A DNA stretch of 64,000 bases from Tubulanus polymorphus (taxonomy: Eukaryota > Animalia > Nemertea): NCBI RefSeq assembly GCF_964204645.1, contig NC_134029.1, positions 21,012,950 to 21,076,949 of the forward strand, in the 5' to 3' direction. A program made the position numbers and the translations under genes. The notes under the pieces are model-generated. The model saw only the letters and a program-made list of their open reading frames with translations, was not told where the DNA came from and did not search any database. Below, one piece after another: positions 1-9,586 of the stretch. The first letter of the stretch is position 1; each line of letters opens with the position of its first letter.

Positions 1-830
1 AACAAGAATTAGAAGCCGCGAGATTACGTTATGAACGCGAGCGTGCTAGGATTTTACAACAGGCGGGCCAGCACGAAGATGAGAATCTCGGTCAAACTCG
101 AGATGAACAGATGCCTAGTGAGGACTTCGGCGACAGCGGACGAGAAAGTGGATACACAGTTGCAGAGGGATTGAAACAGGCGTTAGAATTGGGACAGGCG
201 ATTAAAAGTATGGAGAGGAGCTTAACCGAAGTAGCTGCTGCAGATCAGGACAATCCAGAAACCGGTGAGTCTAACGCGGAAAAATCCTCGCCTACGTCTG
301 AGGGAATTCCAGCGGTGAGGTTATCGGAAAGTACTGTTGATTCGAACTCAAAACATGTCCAACTCGGCGCGTTTAAAGTATACAATTTCTACCCGGACGA
401 CATATCTATAAAAACCATCGGACATTTCATTCATATCAGCGGTCGATATGAGATTTGTAAATGTAATAAGAACAACTGCGAAAAGAGCGAATTTCAACAT
501 CATTTCAGCATCTCACAATCTATCGATACCTCCAGTATTCACGCCACGCTAGACGCTGATAGAATTCTGAGAATACACGCTGTCGATTACGAGGGTACGG
601 TCATTGAACCTGAAGACAGGCAAATCCGTATTTTAGGACTTGGAATCGAGAAATCACGTCCCGCCACTTCGACCTCCTGTTCAGATGGTCAGCGGCCGGT
701 AGATTCGCCAACACCACCACAACCACCACCAGCCGATTACCCGAAAGTGGGAAAGGTCTACAACAAACCGAGAACGTTCGTTATTACCGCAGAACCAGAA
801 AAACATTTAAGAATCCTTGACGAACTCTAA
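1..830 (+). CDS. 3' part of a protein with an alpha-crystallin/HSP20-like domain; 5' end probably outside the window
   Basis: Frame is open from position 3 to TAA at 828-830. Segment FKVYNFYPDDISIKTIGHFIHISGRYE...FQHHFSISQSIDTSSIHATLDADRILRIHA fits the alpha-crystallin pattern. AATAAA signals at ~1113 and ~1138. Confidence 0.7.
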   Translation, partial: QELEAARLRYERERARILQQAGQHEDENLGQTRDEQMPSEDFGDSGRESGYTVAEGLKQALELGQAIKSMERSLTEVAAADQDNPETGESNAEKSSPTSEGIPAVRLSESTVDSNSKHVQLGAFKVYNFYPDDISIKTIGHFIHISGRYEICKCNKNNCEKSEFQHHFSISQSIDTSSIHATLDADRILRIHAVDYEGTVIEPEDRQIRILGLGIEKSRPATSTSCSDGQRPVDSPTPPQPPPADYPKVGKVYNKPRTFVITAEPEKHLRILDEL

Positions 831-1500
831 ATGCGAAGAAATAATGATGATACGGTTCGTCAATATTAATTATTCAATATATCATTAGATCAGCCTATAA
901 TGACTACTATACATATGTGATAAGGTATCATTCAAATCTAAGTAATGTATATAAAGCTTAAATTATATAACTTAAATATCATATTATATTATTTACTGTA
1001 AGGAACATTCAATTGTCTGTAATTACTAGATAATTTATAAAAGTGTTGTGTGTATTGATTGATATGATGTGGTTGTATCTCTTTATATAAATCTCAGTTT
1101 TTTACGCGTGTCAATAAATAAATGCATTTTTCATAACAATAAATGCTAGTTTTTAGTCTAAATTTGGATATGAAAATTAATCATCTCTATATCAACGGTT
1201 TATTATCCACTGAGGACCGAAGGAAACTGTTTAAAGCCAAAAATAGCCAAAAGAAAGTAGTGAAAGTCCCTATCGATCGGCCCCTTCGGTATTGAATTTA
1301 CACCTCCCTGGTAACGGGCAGTTTTCGGTTTGAACCAGCGTGCTAGCGCATAACGACGCTTAACAAACAGGTTATTACTTACATGAAATACACTACATTA
1401 ATGACAGAAAGGAGCTAAAGATTAGTCTTTTGATTTAGTGCAATGACGTAAAAGAATCACTCTGAAATTTTTAACTGAAAGAGTGCCACTTGCAAGGAAC

Positions 1501-4429
1501 TGTAGCGGAAATTCCGTGATGATGTTATAGGCGCCAAATTTAAATCACTTTCTTGCCTGCATAGCAGTTTTATAACCGGGCCAGAGCGCCAGTTTTGAAT
1601 CCCTCATGTATCGCCACAGATAGCGTCTAATATTTATAGATCCTTAAAATAGCACCAATTATTCAATTTCCTTATCCTTTATTCCCGTTTATAACCTGGT
1701 TACCTTTCTTACTGCGTTGCGGGACGAACTCAGCTCGCGTCCGGTCGAGTTGTGTTCGTTGGGGGATTTTACACAGACTATGTTGTCTTACCGTCTTTAT
1801 AACTATTCGGCGGAACCAGTTGTTCAAGAAATCAAACTGCTCTTAAAGCACATCAGTACGTCTTAAATCTTCTTACCAATACGTTCGTATTTATATCCTA
1901 ACGATGTTATATTGTGATATATGAATTCCGCTCTAGTGAAGTCGAGTAGCGCCCGGATTCGGGCCGGTTCAATTTGGTACTCCGCGGTGCCGACCGCTTG
2001 AGTGCTCCCTCTTTCGGTGAACTACATTTTTTTTGTAACTAATTGGAAGTTAAATATTCTCTTGATAATAAATCTTTTTCTTTTCGGAGTTTTTAATGCT
2101 CGACTCGGACCGGAGTTCGTATAAATAAATCTATGCTTGTAGGTTCCGATCGAGCGACGTCGTGGACGGCGGTCAGTCACGCGTGATCGTGACGTCACGC
2201 CGTACCACGTGATTTTCAACCTATTGGAGCGTAGCGGGGACAAAGGCGGGTAGCCAATCAGGACAACGCGGGGACAACGAGCCCTATATAAGGCGGGCAG
2301 CGCGCTAGTTTGGGATTCTGACCTGAGCGTCGACCACTCGCATGGTTCAATTTAGCTCTCTCTAACCAACGGATACTATATTCCAAGTTACAATGTAAGC
2401 AAGTTGTAGGCCTACCTCCCGCGTCCCGACGGGGACCGGGTTTCCTTTCCTCGGGGGGATGTGATTGAATTACGTTGCTTTTATTATTGGTAATTGTTAT
2501 TGTTTCCGTGCCGCGAGGTCCTGATTGTCCCCGGCCCTCCATGTTATTCTAAACTTCTGTAGTATTCGCCAATCATCACTGCGATAGTATTAGGTTGTCT
2601 CCAACGACAGCCCTTGTTTAAAGCTCTACCTAAGGTAATTCCCGTCCCGGGTGGGTGGATTTTGGCGATGGTGACTGGTTTGGGTAGGTTATTTCGGTCT
2701 CAGTCCGTTGACGGTCCAGATAGCTAGGCTATTGAAGACGACGAGGGTTATTGGTGCGGATGGTTCAGCCGCCTACGGGATTTGCCGGGTCCGGAGAGGA
2801 CGTCTGATGTCGATGGTTTGACCACCTACGGGAATGGTATATTGGTCCACGGAAAAGCGAAGAGAGCGAAGAATGGGGTCTGCCGGTCAGCCGTTAGACG
2901 AGAATCTGCAGAGACTGAGTTCCAGTCGGGTGCTGGCACTGTCGCCGATTTCTTCCCTCCCCTCCTTAAGCATTAATCGCCTTAATCATAGGGCATTACC
3001 CGTCCTATTCCACGAGAAGTATTATCGATCGACGATCGATCCCTCTAGTATTAAAATACGGACATTAGGTATTATTCTAACGAGTTTCCACATCATTGTG
3101 ATGCTGGGACTGGGGCACAGCGAGGACTATTCCTCTCTGTCTCCCAGTCGCTCGAAATACCTCACGCTTGAGTTCTAATTCGAGTTAGATGATAATCGGG
3201 CAGCTAAGCCGTTTGACTTTAGTAATGCGCCGGCGGGACCTAACCGTTTCGGCTATATCCGCCTCGCGTTTCAACCATTTATGCAATGCATCGTTGTAGA
3301 GTCGAATTTTATTCGGGGTCGCCTAGGCCTCGTTGCATTTATTTCCGCGGGCGATTTCGCGTGCGGTCCTTAGTATTTTTCTTAAAACTGAGTTGAGAGA
3401 GAAGGGTGAGGGAATATCATTTTTGACGGTATTTTATTTCGTTGGGTCACTTGACCCCCCTTGAGTTTCGGAATTTGTCGGGTGACGATCAACCATGCTG
3501 CCAGTGGTAGTCCAGGTCGAAACCAAGTCTCCCCTTGATGTCTTACTGCCTAAGAGGACCAGAGATGAGTGGCCCGAAGAAAGAAGGGCGGACCAGGGAA
3601 CTGATCAGTCCCTGCGTCGGACCACCAGTGAAGGCGAATTCCAACCAAGATGAAGAATCCCTGTAGTGGTAGTTCAAGAGGAGGCATTATCGAGTCGGTC
3701 CTTGGCCGGGTTCAGATATTGGGATCTGCTCATCGTCACCGACATTTCCGCTTCGGACTCAAGCCTTTTAATTATTTGACTCTCATAGTTCAACCCCCCC
3801 CCCCCCTTTTCTCTCTCTCTCTCATTTTTGGGTGTGAGCCTAATCGCGCCTTCGTACAATATTATATCCGTGGAACATGATTAGTTCTACGAGCCGTCGT
3901 TATGCCTAAGGACCAGTTTATAAATGTTATAAACGTCCCTTGTTCCTGGGGATTTCCGAGAGTACACATATTTTATTACGAGTATTGGGAGATTGCTTTG
4001 ATCTTGAGTGACGAGCAACACCCCGTTCTTTTAATCCGTTGTTGAGCTGAATAAACATGGCAATCGTTAATTTTTCACGAATAACGGTCTTATGTCTTAT
4101 TTTGAGTGGATATCTGAGTCTGAGTCAGTTCGACCTGTTTCGGGAACAACCTTGGAATGAGGACGCGCTACCATGGAAACGAAAGGATTCCGAGTTGTTG
4201 ATGATCGCCTTCAAGTTAAGGACGATTGGACCCGAAGACCCACCTAGAATCGATAGGAGGCACGACGTGTAGAGGGGATCCCCGACGAAGTTATTTGGCC
4301 CGGCCCGTGCGTTAGGGAGGCCAAGCTGTAGACCAGTACTGAGCGGCGGTATATTGTCTGGCGCAGCCATTGTGAGAAAATCTGGCCCGGAGAGCCAGTC
4401 GGTTACTGTGCCTGGCCTATTCGGTTACA
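1501..4429 (+). repeat. 5' LTR (2929 bp)
   Basis: Direct repeat of 10914-13840. Imperfect terminal inverted repeat TGTAGCGGAA...TTCGGTTACA. Followed by the PBS. Confidence 0.97.
2155..2320 (+). promoter_or_regulatory. LTR Pol II promoter (also present at +9413 in the 3' LTR)
   Basis: CRE TGACGTCA 2190-2197, E-box CACGTG 2206-2211, inverted CCAAT ~2223, GC box GGCGGG 2245-2250, CCAAT 2254-2258, TATATAA 2285-2291. TSS inferred at ~2315. Confidence 0.75.
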
Positions 4430-4432
4430 AAG

Positions 4433-4450
4433 TGGTGGCAGCGGTGGGAT
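4433..4450 (+). other. Primer-binding site complementary to the tRNA-Leu 3' end
   Basis: TGGTGGCAGCGGTGGGAT, 3 nt after the 5' LTR, is the reverse complement of the metazoan tRNA-Leu(AAG-type) end ATCCCACCGCTGCCA-CCA. Confidence 0.9.
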
Positions 4451-4729
4451 GCTTCGAGAAACACAGAGAAGAACTGACGCAGATGGAAACGGCGTTGAGA
4501 CCGGGATACCAGCCCCCTCAATTGTGTCGGACTCAGATATCTCACTTTTTTTAGTTAAAGAACCATTAATTCATATTTCTTTTGTGTCATGTTACACGTG
4601 TTGAATGGTTGCTCGTTGCTCTTGATAACCTGTTAAAATTTCTCTTGCTCGTTCCCGTAGGCAACCCTCATGACTATATACCCGTTCCTATTCCACCCTA
4701 ACGACTTTCCCCTTCCTCTAGCCAGCAAG

Positions 4730-5806
4730 ATGACTGATAGTAATAATACGGACAAAACCGTCGTCTCTGACGGAGAGGTAGAATATGAGACTACGACCCT
4801 TTTGAGTGGAGGAGACGGGCCTCAAGTAACCCCTGACTTTGGATCTTCTGATGACGAGGAGCCGATGGAGACTGCGGCCGAGGAGGAGGACGAGGACTGT
4901 GACCCGAACGAGAAGGGTGATGACAGACGCGTTCAATTCCGCTTGTCCCAGACTGAGCGGCAGAAACGTTACCGTATACGTCGCCCAGCGACCACGCCGG
5001 ACCGGTATGACGGGAAGACTAGTTGGACTGAGTTTGAGGCCCACTTTGACTCCGTCGCCTCCCTTAATAATTGGGACGACGACGAGAAAGCAATATACTT
5101 GGCCGTAAGCCTGAAGGGCGAAGCTCAACAAGTCTTGCGGGAGTTGACAATGGAGGAACGCAGAGACTATCGGTGCTTAATTTCGGCACTACAACTTAGA
5201 TTTGGTCCTAAGGTCAGAGAGGAATTATATACCGCGGAACTGAGAGCCAGAGTACGACGGCCGGGAGAGAGTTTACAGGAGTTAGGTCAAAGCATAAAGA
5301 ATCTAGTAGCCCGCGCGTATCCGGCCTCGGATAGAAAGACTAAAGACGCTCTCGCCAGATCCCACTTTATGGATGCCCTACAAGAGTCTGAGATGCGTAT
5401 GCGTCTGTTCCAAGCGAGCCCGAAGACCTTGTCGGAGGCAATCACCGCCGCCCTGGAGGTGGAAACGTTCCGTCGAATAGAGGCCCGCCGGGATACGAAT
5501 CACGTCTCCGGTAAGAAAGCGGCTGCTGCAGCCAGGAGTATTGCCGCCCAGCACCAAGACTCGGCGATGAAAGACGTCAGAGACCAGCTGGAGAAGCTAA
5601 CCGAACAGATGACCGCGTTAGCAGCTAAACTGGACACGAAGGCCGACAAAACTTCACCACCCAGGCAGTCAGCGCCCACCAATTACCAGTCTCGCATCAC
5701 CTGCTACAGCTGCGGACAACCAGGTCACATTTCGCGCAACTGCAATCAAAATCGCCCGGGAAATGCTTCCTCTCCGGTGCCAGGGGGCGTGGGCCGGAGA
5801 CAGTAG
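4730..5806 (+). CDS. gag: Gag (capsid domain + CCHC zinc knuckle)
   Basis: WDDDEKAIYLAVSLKGEA gag motif and CYSCGQPGHISRNC knuckle. ATG 4730 (CAAGATG) follows a splice-acceptor-like tract; an upstream in-frame ATG exists at 4670. Confidence 0.92.
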   Translation: MTDSNNTDKTVVSDGEVEYETTTLLSGGDGPQVTPDFGSSDDEEPMETAAEEEDEDCDPNEKGDDRRVQFRLSQTERQKRYRIRRPATTPDRYDGKTSWTEFEAHFDSVASLNNWDDDEKAIYLAVSLKGEAQQVLRELTMEERRDYRCLISALQLRFGPKVREELYTAELRARVRRPGESLQELGQSIKNLVARAYPASDRKTKDALARSHFMDALQESEMRMRLFQASPKTLSEAITAALEVETFRRIEARRDTNHVSGKKAAAAARSIAAQHQDSAMKDVRDQLEKLTEQMTALAAKLDTKADKTSPPRQSAPTNYQSRITCYSCGQPGHISRNCNQNRPGNASSPVPGGVGRRQ

Positions 5807-5826
5807 ATCAAATCGAGCAGCCCCCT
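5758..5826 (+). other. -1 ribosomal frameshift signal (slippery heptamer + pseudoknot)
   Basis: G GGA AAT at 5758-5764 in X XXY YYZ register with gag. The -1 frame is open into pol. Stem 1 TCTCCGG 5771-5777 / CCGGAGA 5794-5800; stem 2 AGGGGGC 5782-5788 / GCCCCCT 5820-5826. Confidence 0.8.
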
Positions 5827-8800
5827 CCAACAAACATCGTCCGGATTGCTAATTGCCACCCCGATAAAATCGCCGATAATGGACTTTACATAATTACCGA
5901 GATAGGACAAGTTCAGATGGCCCTCTTGGTAGATACTGGCGCCTGCCGAACTATACTCTCAAGAGCCGCATACGAAGCTATACCCAAGTCACACCGACCA
6001 CGGCTCAAACCATCCGACTTGAAACTTTTCGGACCAAGTAACAGCAAAATAACTGTTGGTGGGGTAACCACTTTGACCTTCCCGTTAGGTCAAAAACCGT
6101 TAAGGATTGACGTCATCGTCGCGGATATCGCTGGCGACGGGATTTTGGGGATGGACTTTCTGAAACGAACCGGCTCGTACCTGGATGTGGGTAATTCGTT
6201 GCTATTTTGCGGTAACGAAGAGATCGTCTGCCACACGAAGAATTCATTAGAACCCGAAACCGAATTATTAGCGAGGACCCTGGAAGCGATAGAAATACCA
6301 GCTCGACACCAGATGGTCATACCCACTTCTATCTCTGGGGATTCCGATATTCCATCGTTTGGTATCATCGAGGGTACAGGACGATACGAGGGCGGAGATC
6401 TGGCTGTGGCCCGAACACTGGTCGACACTCGAGAGCGGAGTTCCACTTGTGTTCGAGTGATGAATTTGGGATACAGCCCTATCCTTCTTCCGCAGTCTAC
6501 AGTCCTGGGAAGACTCATTACCGTTTCCACGATTCGAACCGTTGAGATGGAAGAAAAGAACTCAGAATCCGAAGAACCTAATGCGAACCACGACATTCCA
6601 GAACACCTGGAAGAACTGTATCAAGCCAGCGTAAAGAACCTCAGCCAGGAAGACGCTCCCTTGGTGGCGGAGCTACTGATTAAACATGCTTCAGCTTTTT
6701 CGGAAACCGATGAAGACCTGGGAAGGACAGATTTGGTCACCCATGAGGTGGACACCGGGAATCACCCACCCATACGACAGGCGCCGAGACTTCCTCCCCT
6801 GACCAAACGCAAGGAAACAGAGAATTTGATCGAAGACATGCATCGCCGCGGGTTGATAGAGAGGTCCCGGTCCCCCTGGTCGTCCCCGATTGTATTGGTG
6901 ACCAAGAAAGACGGAAGCACACGTTTCTGCGTGGACTATCGCCGACTAAACGAAGTAACGACCATAGAAAGCATGGCTATCCCGAATATCAATCGTTCGC
7001 TGGAATGTCTGGGAGGCGCCGTCTGGTTTAGCACCCTAGATCTGAATTCCGGTTATTGGCAAGTTACGTTGAGCGAGGACGCGAAACAGAAGTCCGCCTT
7101 CATTACGCAGAGTGGATTGTGGGAGTTCACTGTTCTTCCTTTCGGTATGTCCGGAGCTCCGGGAACCTTCGAAAGATTGATGGAAATGGTCTTAACTGGG
7201 CTCCAGTGGGAGATTTGTTTAATATACCTCGACGACGTGTTGGTGTTTAGTAGCTCCGTTAAAGAGATGGTCGAACGGTTGGACCTCATCTTCAGTAAAT
7301 TGGAAGAAGCCGGACTCAAACTTAAACCCCGCAAGTGCTCGCTTTTCCAGCGGTCGGTAGTTTTTCTCGGGCACGTGGTTAGTCACGAGGGCATACAGAC
7401 AGACCCGTCCAAGATCCAGTGTATACGGGATTGGCCAACGCCCAGAAATGTCAAGGAAGTTCGTAGTTTCTTGGGCCTTGCCACTTATTACAGGAGATTC
7501 GTCGCCGGTTTCGCGAAGATCGCGGGCAGCCTCCACAGACTCACGACTAAAGACCAAGATTTTATCTGGGGGGACGAGCAGGAGCAAGCTTTCCGGGAGC
7601 TGAAAGAGAAGTTGACCAACGCACCCATCCTAGCATACCCGAATGTCACGGACCCGTATATATTGGATTGCGACGCTAGTGCCTTCGCCATCGGAGGCGT
7701 GTTGAGTCAGGTGCAAGGAAACGAGGAACTCCCGATCGCATTTGGAAGTCGCACGCTCAACCGCGCGGAACAGAACTACTGCGTGACTCGGCGTGAATTA
7801 TTGGCGGTCGTGTTCTTCGTGAAGCATTTTAAGCACTATCTCTACGGACAAGATTTTCTCATCCGCACTGATCACAGCGCCCTCCGTTGGCTGATGAATC
7901 TGAAGGAACCCGAAGGTCAAATTGCCCGTTGGCTGGAAGCCTTGTCGACTTATCAGTTTCGGATTGAGCACCGTCCCGGAGTAAAACACGGTAACGCTGA
8001 CGGGTTATCGAGGATGCCGTGTAAGCAGTGTGATAAGATAGGGTATATACACGTGATCGAAGACGGAGTCGTCGAATCTCAATTAGATGAACCGTGGGAC
8101 TTAGAGGAGCTCAAGTCAGCTCAGAGAACCGACGAAGATCTAGAGTGGGCGATCGACGGGTTGATAGCCGGCATCTCCAAGCCACCGTGGCGAGACGTCT
8201 CAGATAAGAGTACCAACGCCAAACGATATTGGGCTCAGTGGGAGCTTCTATCGTTCAACAACGAGATTCTATTCCGGGAGTGTAGATCTGAGGATGGATT
8301 TTCCCAACTGATTGTTCCTCCGAATTTCCGTCGTACTATTTTTCACCAACTCCATTCGGCTCGTACCGGGGGACACCTAGGGATCGAGAAAACTCTTTCC
8401 AAGTTACAACAGAGGTATTACTGGCCCGGGATGAGAGAAGATATTGAGTTATGGGTGAAGCAATGTGAGCTCTGTCCTCGGAAGAAACCCCCGGCAAAGA
8501 AATTTCAGGCTGAACTTCAGATTTACAACGTAGGAGCACCCATGGAGCGTATCGCCGTAGATATTATGGGCCCCCTCCAGGAGACCACGGCCGGCAACGT
8601 CTATGTCGTCGTTGCTATGGACTATTTTACCAAATGGGTTGAATGTTACGCTATTCCCAATATGGAGGCCGAGACGGTAGCCAACAAACTAGTGACAGAG
8701 TTTTTCAGCCGTTTTGGCGTACCTCGTGAGCTCCATACTGATCAGGGTTCGAATTTTCAATCCAAATTATTCAAAGAAGTCTGCATCCTCCTCGGTATAA

Positions 8801-9507
8801 AACAAACCCGCACTACTCCATACAGGCCCCAGAGTGACGGTATGGTCGAGCGTTTTAACCGCAGTCTGATATCGATGCTGTCCCTGATGTCTGCCGATGA
8901 CCCCTTCGACTGGGATTTACAGTTGCCGTTCGCTGCGATGGCTTATCGTGCGGCTAGACATAATACGACTGAAGCCTCTCCGAACTATCTGATGTTGCTG
9001 CGGGAGGTAGATCTCCCCGTAGACCTCATAGTTGGCCTTCCGCCTAAAGACAAGTTCCCGTCGACCACTGAGTACGTCAGCCAGCTTCGGAAACGGATGG
9101 AGACAGCCCACCGCGATGCCCGGAAAGCGTTAGCAAAGAATACTCTTCGTCAGAAGAATCTCCATGACCAACGACGTTATGGGAAACCATATGAGGCCCG
9201 GGACCTTGTGTGGCTGTACCAACCGAAAATCACGAGCGGAAATCCCAACCGGAAGTTTCAGTTGAATTGGACAGGACCATACACCGTCTTACAGAAGCGC
9301 TCTGAAACAGTCTACGAAATACAAGATATGCCGACCAACGCCCCCAAAATAGTACATTATGACCGACTAAAGCCTTATCTGGGAACCCAGTACCTGGGTT
9401 TAAATCACGACGCAACCGAGCTGACTGTAACTGACACTCCTACTTCCCAACGGAGGAGCTCGCGGGTTCCTACTCAACGACGGGATGAGTCCTTTCTGTA
9501 CCTTTAG
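5758..9507 (+). CDS. pol: Pol polyprotein (protease, reverse transcriptase, RNase H, integrase with GPY/F motif)
   Basis: LVDTGA protease, YLDD at 7225-7236, LDCDAS RNase H, HHCC and DDE integrase motifs (VDIMGP, HTDQG, VER), WTGPY. Frame is open from the slippery site; first Met at 5917. Confidence 0.97.
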   Translation, partial: GKCFLSGARGRGPETVDQIEQPPPTNIVRIANCHPDKIADNGLYIITEIGQVQMALLVDTGACRTILSRAAYEAIPKSHRPRLKPSDLKLFGPSNSKITVGGVTTLTFPLGQKPLRIDVIVADIAGDGILGMDFLKRTGSYLDVGNSLLFCGNEEIVCHTKNSLEPETELLARTLEAIEIPARHQMVIPTSISGDSDIPSFGIIEGTGRYEGGDLAVARTLVDTRERSSTCVRVMNLGYSPILLPQSTVLGRLITVSTIRTVEMEEKNSESEEPNANHDIPEHLEELYQASVKNLSQEDAPLVAELLIKHASAFSETDEDLGRTDLVTHEVDTGNHPPIRQAPRLPPLTKRKETENLIEDMHRRGLIERSRSPWSSPIVLVTKKDGSTRFCVDYRRLNEVTTIESMAIPNINRSLECLGGAVWFSTLDLNSGYWQVTLSEDAKQKSAFITQSGLWEFTVLPFGMSGAPGTFERLMEMVLTGLQWEICLIYLDDVLVFSSSVKEMVERLDLIFSKLEEAGLKLKPRKCSLFQRSVVFLGHVVSHEGIQTDPSKIQCIRDWPTPRNVKEVRSFLGLATYYRRFVAGFAKIAGSLHRLTTKDQDFIWGDEQEQAFRELKEKLTNAPILAYPNVTDPYILDCDASAFAIGGVLSQVQGNEELPIAFGSRTLNRAEQNYCVTRRELLAVVFFVKHFKHYLYGQDFLIRTDHSALRWLMNLKEPEGQIARWLEALSTYQFRIEHRPGVKHGNADGLSRMPCKQCDKIGYIHVIEDGVVESQLDEPWDLEELKSAQRTDEDLEWAIDGLIAGISKPPWRDVSDKSTNAKRYWAQWELLSFNNEILFRECRSEDGFSQLIVPPNFRRTIFHQLHSARTGGHLGIEKTLSKLQQRYYWPGMREDIELWVKQCELCPRKKPPAKKFQAELQIYNVGAPMERIAVDIMGPLQETTAGNVYVVVAMDYFTKWVECYAIPNMEAETVANKLVTEFFSRFGVPRELHTDQGSNFQSKLFKEVCILLGIKQTRTTPYRPQSDGMVERFNRSLISMLSLMSADDPFDWDLQLPFAAMAYRAARHNTTEASPNYLMLLREVDLPVDLIVGLPPKDKFPSTTEYVSQLRKRMETAHRDARKALAKNTLRQKNLHDQRRYGKPYEARDLVWLYQPKITSGNPNRKFQLNWTGPYTVLQKRSETVYEIQDMPTNAPKIVHYDRLKPYLGTQYLGLNHDATELTVTDTPTSQRRSSRVPTQRRDESFLYL

Positions 9508-9586
9508 GCCTAGGCGGTTCGCCGACTCCTACCCTAACTCAACGCTTTACTTATGTGGGACCCGGCTGTTCTTTTCTTTTCTTTAG

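Noticed and set aside
1210-1400. RNase MRP RNA (GAAAGTCCC at ~1262)
   Set aside because: The complementary 3' conserved region needed for P4 is not present downstream.
1723-1760. Hairpin GACGAAC-CAGCTCG/CGAGTTG-GTTCGTT as a pre-miRNA
   Set aside because: Only ~38 nt, too short for a canonical precursor.
1640-1900. Antisense spliced micro-exon gene in U3 (several GTAAG on the minus strand)
   Set aside because: Implied introns are ~40 nt, shorter than host introns here, and no coherent ORF could be assembled.
2022-4370. Short ORFs inside the LTRs (duplicated at 11435-13781)
   Set aside because: No recognisable domains, several non-ATG starts, and one is frameshifted by the C-run difference between LTRs.
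1501-4429. Hammerhead or HDV ribozyme within the LTR (retrozyme-like)
   Set aside because: No CTGANGA...GAAA core or HDV-like fold found by eye on either strand; a covariance-model scan is needed to exclude other classes.
6090-9415. Antisense ORFs over pol
   Set aside because: Shadow frames of a long coding sequence with no domain signal.
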